Source of the DNA: an uncultured Verrucomicrobiae bacterium
GTDB lineage: Bacteria > Verrucomicrobiota > Verrucomicrobiia > Chthoniobacterales > JAFAMB01
NCBI GenBank assembly: GCA_963762565.1
Contig: CAVXLD010000001.1
Location: 1,408,001-1,472,000 of the forward strand
Direction: 5' to 3'
Length of the DNA stretch: 64,000 bases
The notes under the pieces were generated by a model. It was not told where the DNA came from and searched no databases. It saw only the letters and a program-made list of their open reading frames with translations. The translations under genes and the position numbers were made by a program. Positions 57,261 through 64,000 of the stretch are shown in pieces. The number at the start of each line of letters is the position of its first letter. Positions within the stretch are counted from its first letter, which is position 1.

Positions 57261-58688
57261 ATGAACGTCGCTCGGGTTTTCACGGTGGGTTTCGCTATCG
57301 CGGGTCTCGGGTTGCTCCTCGATTCATCCGCCCTCTGTCAGGGCACTGGAAACAGCGCCCATGACCTGGTTCATCAGCTAAACGACGCGCTCGAGTCTGT
57401 CTATGACCACGTTGCTCCTACCGTCGTCGTGATCGACATCAGCAAGAACGCTAACCCGGGCAACGGCAACAACCCATTTGAGGGTTTCGATTTCTTCCAT
57501 GGCCCGCAAGGTGATGAAGGGGGCGACCAACCCGACCAAAGTGAAGGGTCCGGGTTTATTGTACGTTCCGACGGTTACATACTAACCAACAACCACGTCA
57601 TCGAAGGGGCCGATAAGATTCAGGTAAAGCTTAAAGACGGCCGGGTGTTACCGGCTCGGTTGATTGGAGCTGACGATAGGACGGATGTTGCCGTCATCAA
57701 GATCGATGGGACGAACCTGCCGGTGGTGGATGTCGGAGATAGCGATCAGGTCAAAGTAGGCCAACTGGTTTGTGCGATCGGCACTCCGTACAAGTTCGAA
57801 TACACGTTCACCACCGGGGTGGTTAGCGCGAAAGGGCGCAATGAGCTCCTGGCCGACAAGTACGAAGACTACATTCAGACTGACGCGGCGATAAACCCGG
57901 GTAACAGCGGAGGTCCATTGTGTGATATCGATGGCAAAGTGATCGGGATGAATACTCTGATCCACGGACTGAATCGAGGGCTCGGATTCGCGATCTCCAG
58001 CAACCTTTTCAAGCAGGTGAGCGATCAGCTCATTGCGACCGGAAAGATTGTCAGACCGTGGCTAGGCATCATCATTGAATCGCTGAACGGCGAAAACCGG
58101 GCGGACGTTTCAAAAGGCGTCGATAAAGGGGTTGTGATCCGAACCGTGCAGGCCAACACCCCTGCCGCCAAGAGTGATCTCCGGCCAGCCGACGTAATCA
58201 CGGAGGTGGATGGAGTTGAGGTCGCGTCCGCGCGCGAGCTGCAACGAGAGATCCTGAAAAAGAAAGTAGGTGATCAGGTCAACCTTGGCATTTGGCGAAG
58301 CGGCAAACGTCTAGTAGTCGGTGTTCGGACTGAGGAGCTGCCCGTCGAGCCAAAAAGTTTGGCGGGAGCTGAGCCAACTCCGACACAGGCGCCGGTGGCT
58401 AACACCAGTTTTGGTCTTCAGCTACAGGAATTGACACCGGATCTGAAACGCGATTTAGGGCTAAAAACCGATTCTGGATTGGTAGTGGTAGCAGTCGAGC
58501 CGAACAGCCCGGCAGCAATCGCCGATATCCAGCCTGGCGATGTGATCACCGAGGTCGGAAAAACCCCGGTCTCATCGCTGGATACTCTGCAGAAGGCGCT
58601 TGGCGATCAAAAAAATAAAACCAATCTATTGCTTTTGCTGGACCGCCGCGGAATAAAGACCTATTCTATCGTTAAATCTGGTAAATAA
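57261..58688 (+). CDS. HtrA/DegP family serine protease with two PDZ domains
   Basis: Signal peptide; LTNNHV, TDVAVIK and INPGNSGGPL motifs. Confidence 0.93.
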   Translation: MNVARVFTVGFAIAGLGLLLDSSALCQGTGNSAHDLVHQLNDALESVYDHVAPTVVVIDISKNANPGNGNNPFEGFDFFHGPQGDEGGDQPDQSEGSGFIVRSDGYILTNNHVIEGADKIQVKLKDGRVLPARLIGADDRTDVAVIKIDGTNLPVVDVGDSDQVKVGQLVCAIGTPYKFEYTFTTGVVSAKGRNELLADKYEDYIQTDAAINPGNSGGPLCDIDGKVIGMNTLIHGLNRGLGFAISSNLFKQVSDQLIATGKIVRPWLGIIIESLNGENRADVSKGVDKGVVIRTVQANTPAAKSDLRPADVITEVDGVEVASARELQREILKKKVGDQVNLGIWRSGKRLVVGVRTEELPVEPKSLAGAEPTPTQAPVANTSFGLQLQELTPDLKRDLGLKTDSGLVVVAVEPNSPAAIADIQPGDVITEVGKTPVSSLDTLQKALGDQKNKTNLLLLLDRRGIKTYSIVKSGK

Positions 58689-58718
58689 GTCGTACCCCCA
58701 GTTCTCTCTCCTTGTTGC

Positions 58719-58748
58719 GAAGGCCGAAGTTGCAAAACTTCGGCCTTC
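58719..58748 (+). terminator. Hairpin after HtrA (probable terminator)
   Basis: GAAGGCCGAAGTT-GCAA-AACTTCGGCCTTC, 13-bp stem with GNRA loop; weak U tail. Confidence 0.55.
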
Positions 58749-58779
58749 CGGCTTTATAAGAACTCATTTTAAGAACTCA

Positions 58780-58879
58780 TTTTAACAGGAGGGAACAGAG
58801 CAAACAGAGGGAAGACTTGCCGCCATTGGCACGCGGGTCCTTATAAATCTCCGTTTCCTCTGTTATCTCCCGTTTAAAA
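58780..58879. repeat. Inverted AACAGAG 9-mer array pair
   Basis: TTTTAACAGGAGGGAACAGAGCAAACAGAG / CTCCGTTTCCTCTGTTATCTCCCGTTTAAAA. Confidence 0.75.
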
Positions 58880-58903
58880 CTTCTGTTCCGGCAGTTACTC
58901 ACT

Positions 58904-59569
58904 ATGCGAGACGGTACATCAGAACGGACAAGACCTAAGTTGCGACGGTCGCGGATTAGCGAACTAGGTCGCTCCCAAAGATTGCGGATTATCCATCTGT
59001 TAAAGAAGACCAGAGGGTTGGCAGTCACGGAAATAGCAAGTCGACTTGGCCTCAGCTACATGGGCGTTAAACAGCATTGCGCAGAATTGGAAAAGCAAGG
59101 CGTGGTGGATACCTGGCGCCGGCCCAAACCAGTTGGACGTCCGGAGTTGGTCTATCGGTTGACACCAAAAGCAGGCGTATTCTTCCCGGCTGAAACGAAC
59201 GTCAGCACCATCGAAATTTTGCACGCCGCTCGGCAGCTGTTTGGAGCAACTGCCTCTGACAAACTCCTGCTCGCGCTCTTCCGAAAGAAAGCAGAAAATT
59301 ACGCGCGCAGTCTACGGGGCGATACTCCAGAAGCCAGGGCCGAAGCCTTAGCGCGCCTACGCGATGCGGAAGGCCATCTAGCCGAAGTGGTGAAAGGACC
59401 CGAGCTGATGATCCAGGAATACCATTCCCCGATTCTGGATCTCTTGGATGCTTTTCCATTGGTCAGGCGACTAGAAAAAGAAATGTTCGAGACTCTTCTC
59501 GGTGCTTCCGTTGAACGGCATGAAGAACGCGCCTCAGGGCTTTATCTCTGTACGTTCCTGATCGGGTGA
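58904..59569 (+). CDS. Winged-HTH transcriptional regulator (SufR/ArsR-like)
   Basis: EIASRLGLSYMGVKQH...GRP..VY.LT; start may lie further downstream. Confidence 0.8.
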   Translation: MRDGTSERTRPKLRRSRISELGRSQRLRIIHLLKKTRGLAVTEIASRLGLSYMGVKQHCAELEKQGVVDTWRRPKPVGRPELVYRLTPKAGVFFPAETNVSTIEILHAARQLFGATASDKLLLALFRKKAENYARSLRGDTPEARAEALARLRDAEGHLAEVVKGPELMIQEYHSPILDLLDAFPLVRRLEKEMFETLLGASVERHEERASGLYLCTFLIG

Positions 59570-59583
59570 TAAGCAGCGAAAGG

Positions 59584-59807
59584 CCGGTAGGGCGAAAATC
59601 TCGGCGCGCCGGGCATGAGCTATTCATACTGCATTTGTGCGCGCCGGATTTGAGCCGCGCCGTGCGTGTGCCATGTCGAGGGTTGAGACAGTAACCGAAA
59701 GCGATAACGCCCTAGGCGATGCGACGCGCACGCATGGCTCAAATCCGGCGCGGTTGAGCCAGCGAAGTGGCTGTGGTGGCCCCGCGCCGAGATTTTCGCC
59801 CTACCGG
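59584..59807. mobile_element. REPIN/MITE-like element, family E
   Basis: Perfect 25-bp IR CCGGTAGGGCGAAAATCTCGGCGCG; inner GCGCCGGATTTGAGCC / GGCTCAAATCCGGCGC. Confidence 0.82.
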
Positions 59808-59862
59808 GCGTTTTCGCCGGCGCGCCGTTTCGCCCATTCGCCCTTTTCGCCCTTTTCGCCCC

Positions 59863-60555
59863 TCACTCCGCTGCCGACGTTTGCTGATTCTCCCCCGCCA
59901 ATGGTCCTCGGCGTTTGTAATAATCGTACCTCGCCAGGATCGTCCTGACGTAGTGCGCGGTCGACGGAAAATCGATACTGTCTTCGAATGCCTCCGCACT
60001 GAGCGGCTGCTTATTTCGTTGTAAGGCGACCCGAATCCAACGGTCGACTCGGCTTTTACCCGCGTTGTATTCGGCCAACGCAAAGGGGACCGGCTCCGTC
60101 TGCGAGTTCCATCGTTGTAACGCCTTGCTCAAGTACCAGCACCCGATTTCCAAGTTAACCTCAGGATTAAACAATTGATTCGGCTCAAAATTGGGAACCG
60201 CGTTCGACTTTGCCCACTCACGAGCGGCGATTTCCGAGACCTGCATGAGGCCCCTCTCATTGTTTCTGCCGACCATATCGGTTTGGAACTGGCTTTCTCG
60301 CCATACCACCGCTTTCACCAGACGCGGATCTAACAGATGTTCGTTGGCGATCTGAGTTATCAAGCTATCGTACTGTTTGAAGTCGCTCCAATTCTTCAGC
60401 TCGCGAACTACATAGAGCGGGTCTTTGGTGCGCAGAACCAAGTATCCTACCGCCGCTACCGCCGATAAAAGCAGTACCAGGGCCAGTTTAATCAACCAAC
60501 TAACCAGTAAGCTGGGTAGACGCCGGATTTGACTTCGTTCTGACCTGGACGCCAT
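59863..60555 (-). CDS. Lytic transglycosylase (SLT domain)
   Basis: RES, GLMQ and YNAG motifs; N-terminal TM. Confidence 0.9.
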   Translation of the reverse strand: MASRSERSQIRRLPSLLVSWLIKLALVLLLSAVAAVGYLVLRTKDPLYVVRELKNWSDFKQYDSLITQIANEHLLDPRLVKAVVWRESQFQTDMVGRNNERGLMQVSEIAAREWAKSNAVPNFEPNQLFNPEVNLEIGCWYLSKALQRWNSQTEPVPFALAEYNAGKSRVDRWIRVALQRNKQPLSAEAFEDSIDFPSTAHYVRTILARYDYYKRRGPLAGENQQTSAAE

Positions 60556-60568
60556 TGGTAAACAAACG

Positions 60569-62779
60569 ATGTCGCTCTATGCGCGGGTGGTCACGGATGA
60601 CCCGACCAACAAAGAACTAGATTATCTCGTCCCACCACCATGGGAAAGCAAGGTCCATGTCGGCTCCCGGGTCAAGGTCCCTTTGCGTTCGAGAGACAGT
60701 TTGGCCACCGTCGTTGCGCTGGTCGATGAATCGACTGCGCCCGGGATCAAGAATGTTGCCGCCCTGGTTTCAGAAGAACCGGTTCTTGATCCCCGGATGC
60801 TAGAGCTTAGCCGCTGGATGGCGGAGTATTACTGTTGTCCCCTGGACGCCGCGATCCGTTGCGCGCTACCTCAAGTGATCCGGTCCGGTACGTTCAAACG
60901 CGAGCGTTGGCTCTCGGTTAACCTGCCCGCAGCCAAGGACATTGTGGAACAACTCAAGGTGCGAGCCCCACGGCAGGCGGAAGTTCTTGAAGTAGCCTTA
61001 CAATTCACTGGGCCGATCCGATGGGCTGAGCTACTCGAAGCCGCTGCTACCAGTGATCGCACCATCAAACAATTGGTAAATCAAGGCTGGCTGACCCTGC
61101 AGATGCTGAACGCCGAACGCGATCCGTCTCAAGGGGAGGAATATGCGTCCACCGCTCCCCTCCGGCTTAATCCCGGGCAACTCAGCATTCTGACGATGTT
61201 GAACGAAGCGATCGATCGCGGCAAAAGTAAACCGATTCTGCTTCACGGGATTACGGGCAGTGGCAAGACCGAGATCTACCTTCAAGCGATTCAGCACTGT
61301 CTCGACCTGGGGCGCGGCGCCTTGGTGTTAGTACCCGAGATCTCGCTGACTCCGCAAACGGTGGAACGGTTTAAATCGAGATTTCCTCGTGAGTTGATTG
61401 CGGTCTTACATAGCCACCTCTCAGCAGGTGAACGACACGACGAATGGCACCGGTTGCGAAGAAGCGCAGCGCGGGTCGCTATCGGCGCCCGCAGCGCGGT
61501 GTTTGCTCCCGTAAAAGACCTGGCCCTGATCGTGGTGGATGAAGAACATGAGAACTCTTATAAGCAGGAGGAAACCCCGCGTTATCAGGCGAGGGACCTA
61601 GCGGTGGTACGCGGTCAGATTGAGGGGTGCGCGGTCTTGCTCGGCTCGGCCACACCCTCACTGGAAAGTTATCACAATGCTCGCACCGGAAAGTATGAGC
61701 TAGCTCGGTTAACCACTCGGGTGGACGATCGGCAACTGCCTTTAATCCGGATAGTCGATCTCCGGCAAGAATTTGCTAAGAGTAAACATCCTTCGATCCT
61801 TTCCCGGCGTTTAACGCAGGCCATCGAAGATCGTCTGCAAAAAAGCGAACAAACGATCCTCTTTCTTAATCGGCGCGGATTCGCTTCTTCTCTGCTCTGC
61901 TCGAAATGCGGGTATGTGTGCGAATGTGCTAACTGCAGCATCCCCTTGACCTTTCATATGACTGAGAACCGCTTGAAATGCCATCTCTGCGGTTATCAAG
62001 CGGTCGCGCCAAAGAAATGTCCGGGCTGTGGCGACCCTGGTATTCGCTACAGCGGATATGGCACTGAGAAAGTCATCGAACTAGTGGAGAAAATCTTTCC
62101 CACGGCACGCGCCGTCCGCATGGATGCGGACTCTATGTCGCGAAAAGATGCTTATCGAAAGACCCTCAATTCCTTTCGTAGCGGCAAGATTGATATCCTG
62201 ATCGGTACGCAGATGATCGCCAAAGGGCTGGATTTTCCCAAGGTGACGCTGGTGGGGATCATCAACGCCGATATTGGGCTCCATATCCCGGACTTCCGGG
62301 CGGGCGAACGCACCTTTCAATTGCTGACGCAGGTAGCAGGCCGGGCCGGTCGAGGTGAGACCCCGGGAGAAGTCTTCGTACAGACGGCGACACCATTCAG
62401 CCCTTCGATCCAGTTCGCCCGGCACCATGATTTCGACGGTTTTTGGGATCAAGAACGCGAATTCCGTGAACGCTGCGAATATCCCCCGTTTAATCATCTC
62501 GTTTTGCTCCAGATCAAATCTGAACACCAGAGATTAGCGGAATTCACAGCGGAGACGCTCCACCGCCGTTTGGGCGAGAAGATTGACTCATCGGTGACGC
62601 TTCACTCCGTCGTTCCCGCCCAAATCGAACGGGTGAAAGGGTTTTATCGGTTCCAGATCTTGTTGCGTACCCGGGCTATCCTCCGGCTCTCACGAACGAT
62701 CCGCGAAGTGATCGATAGCCTTTCGTTTCCAGATGATGTGCAGGTGAGTATCGATGTCGATCCGTACCAGCTGCTGTGA
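60569..62779 (+). CDS. priA: Primosomal protein N'
   Basis: GITGSGKT, DEEH, SATPS, four CxxC pairs and QVAGRAGR. Confidence 0.96.
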   Translation: MSLYARVVTDDPTNKELDYLVPPPWESKVHVGSRVKVPLRSRDSLATVVALVDESTAPGIKNVAALVSEEPVLDPRMLELSRWMAEYYCCPLDAAIRCALPQVIRSGTFKRERWLSVNLPAAKDIVEQLKVRAPRQAEVLEVALQFTGPIRWAELLEAAATSDRTIKQLVNQGWLTLQMLNAERDPSQGEEYASTAPLRLNPGQLSILTMLNEAIDRGKSKPILLHGITGSGKTEIYLQAIQHCLDLGRGALVLVPEISLTPQTVERFKSRFPRELIAVLHSHLSAGERHDEWHRLRRSAARVAIGARSAVFAPVKDLALIVVDEEHENSYKQEETPRYQARDLAVVRGQIEGCAVLLGSATPSLESYHNARTGKYELARLTTRVDDRQLPLIRIVDLRQEFAKSKHPSILSRRLTQAIEDRLQKSEQTILFLNRRGFASSLLCSKCGYVCECANCSIPLTFHMTENRLKCHLCGYQAVAPKKCPGCGDPGIRYSGYGTEKVIELVEKIFPTARAVRMDADSMSRKDAYRKTLNSFRSGKIDILIGTQMIAKGLDFPKVTLVGIINADIGLHIPDFRAGERTFQLLTQVAGRAGRGETPGEVFVQTATPFSPSIQFARHHDFDGFWDQEREFRERCEYPPFNHLVLLQIKSEHQRLAEFTAETLHRRLGEKIDSSVTLHSVVPAQIERVKGFYRFQILLRTRAILRLSRTIREVIDSLSFPDDVQVSIDVDPYQLL

Positions 62780-62781
62780 CA

Positions 62782-62875
62782 GAATAGCAAATAGCAGATC
62801 GCAAATAGCAAATGGGGCTTTTGAACTGCCCAGCGCTCGGTTCGCGGACAATTTGCTATCTGCTATTTGCTATTC
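62782..62875. repeat. Inverted TAGCAAA heptamer array pair
   Basis: GAATAGCAAATAGCAGATCGCAAAT / ATTTGCTATCTGCTATTTGCTATTC. Confidence 0.88.
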
Positions 62876-62894
62876 AGTCCGGCTCTGACGGCAG

Positions 62895-62958
62895 CCTGGA
62901 GGGGAGCCGCTTTGTAGTGTGGCAGCTCTGTAGCTTGGCAGCAAGCGGCTCCCGGGAA
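62895..62958. repeat. Half copy of family B element
   Basis: CCTGGAGGGGAGCCGCTTTG...GCAAGCGGCTCCCGGGAA; right half absent. Confidence 0.75.
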
Positions 62959-62973
62959 TGACCCAGGCTCTGG

Positions 62974-63288
62974 CTATTCCGGCCCCGGATCCAAAGACCT
63001 CAAATACTCGTATGAATAAATCCCGGAGCTATGGCCGTCAGCCCATACCGGTTGAAGTGCATAGCCACCGATTGGAGCGCACGATTTCAACACGAAACTG
63101 TCCGCAGACCAAGTTGGCGACCCTCCGTATTGCCGTCCTAACAGATCTTTCTCTCCGGCGCAAACCGCGCATGGACACCTCCGGCGCAACTCATCCAGGC
63201 GAATGTAACTCTCCACGCCATCTTTCCAGCGGATGGCAAGTTCCTCACCGATGACTGCATACGATTCTAACGCCAAGGTGCTTCCCAT
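62974..63288 (-). CDS. DUF971 / GBBH-N-like protein
   Basis: LRRRCPCAVC, GGYAL...WADGHSSGIY motifs. Confidence 0.88.
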   Translation of the reverse strand: MGSTLALESYAVIGEELAIRWKDGVESYIRLDELRRRCPCAVCAGEKDLLGRQYGGSPTWSADSFVLKSCAPIGGYALQPVWADGHSSGIYSYEYLRSLDPGPE

Positions 63289-63353
63289 ATTTTACGATCG
63301 TCCTCGACTCCTCAGATAGAGCGAACAAGCAAAAGATGGCGTGTTACCGCCAA

Positions 63354-63416
63354 TTTGTCATTTGTCATCTGTCATTTGTCATCCCCTTTGGCTATCGGCT
63401 ATTGGCTATTGGCAAT
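63354..63416. repeat. Orphan right arms: TTTGTCA and TTGGCTA heptamer arrays
   Basis: TTTGTCATTTGTCATCTGTCATTTGTCAT and TTGGCTATCGGCTATTGGCTATTGGC. Confidence 0.8.
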
Positions 63417-63437
63417 GCGGAGCTCGCGAAGCCCCGA

Positions 63438-63465
63438 TTGACGGCACGAAGGTTCCGGCTAACCT
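63438..63465 (+). promoter_or_regulatory. Candidate leaderless sigma70 promoter
   Basis: TTGACG-N16-TAACCT, 6 nt before the ATG at 63472; no Shine-Dalgarno. Confidence 0.5.
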
Positions 63466-63471
63466 GATCGA

Positions 63472-64000
63472 ATGAGCACCAGTTATTTCGCCGGTTGCAC
63501 GGTTCTGGTCACCGGCGCGTCGGCAGGAATTGGCCGCGAGTTCGCTCGCCAGCTGGCTCCGGTGGTAGATTCTATGATTCTGGTGGCTCGCCGGGCCGAT
63601 CGTTTGGAAGCTCTGGAACTGGAGCTGAAGGTGATCAATCCGAATCTAGATGTTTTCTATCGTGCTCTCGACCTCCGAAACCATGATGATTTAGCCAAGT
63701 TCTGCGATTGGCTGGAGGAAAGCGGTTTAGCCGTCGATCTGCTCATCAATAACGCCGGCCTCGGGGATTGGGGCCCGTTCATCGATAGTGAGTGGGACAA
63801 AGTGAACGCGATGCTCCGCGTCAACATTGAAGCTTTGACTTATCTGACATACCGAATTCTTCCTTCGATGGGTAAATCCGGTTGTGGCGCTATCTTGAAT
63901 GTTAGTTCGGTAGCCGGGTTTCTTCCGGTGCCGACCTTCGCGGTTTACGCTGCGACCAAGGCCTACGTTACTAGTTTCAGCGAAGCTCTAAGAGCCGAGC
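63472..64000 (+). CDS. SDR family oxidoreductase, 3' end outside the window
   Basis: Hand translation MSTSYFAGCTVLVTGASAGIG...NNAG...NVSS...YAATK; absent from the ORF track. Confidence 0.88.
   Translation, partial: MSTSYFAGCTVLVTGASAGIGREFARQLAPVVDSMILVARRADRLEALELELKVINPNLDVFYRALDLRNHDDLAKFCDWLEESGLAVDLLINNAGLGDWGPFIDSEWDKVNAMLRVNIEALTYLTYRILPSMGKSGCGAILNVSSVAGFLPVPTFAVYAATKAYVTSFSEALRAE

Noticed and set aside
60555..60569. Divergent slt/priA starts only 13 bp apart
   Set aside because: More simply explained by an uncertain slt start codon; nothing further supports a special arrangement

Overview
A 64-kb bacterial chromosome segment, most likely from Verrucomicrobiota (inferred from gene content and the Asn-tipped EF-P, not proven). 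It holds about 59 mostly housekeeping or metabolic CDS (mutM, nfo, kdsD, efp, pcaF, upp, nudC, purN, glnB, gatCA, priA, HtrA, KamA family and others). I see no rRNA, tRNA, CRISPR array or recognisable transposase. The striking signal is non-coding. Most intergenic gaps contain inverted-repeat elements of two kinds: (i) pairs of inverted short tandem arrays with 6-10-nt units from many families, and (ii) 120-330-bp REP/REPIN-like elements from at least five families. These are often nested inside one another, and several supply stop codons (and in one case a start codon) to host genes. One two-layer inverted decamer array encloses a single intact GxxExxY PD-(D/E)XK nuclease gene with a candidate promoter of its own (36905-37586). 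The same arms recur without the nuclease at 29397-31726 and 35215-35364. This is the best candidate for an undescribed nuclease-driven repeat/mobile system. All coordinates and alignments were read by eye.
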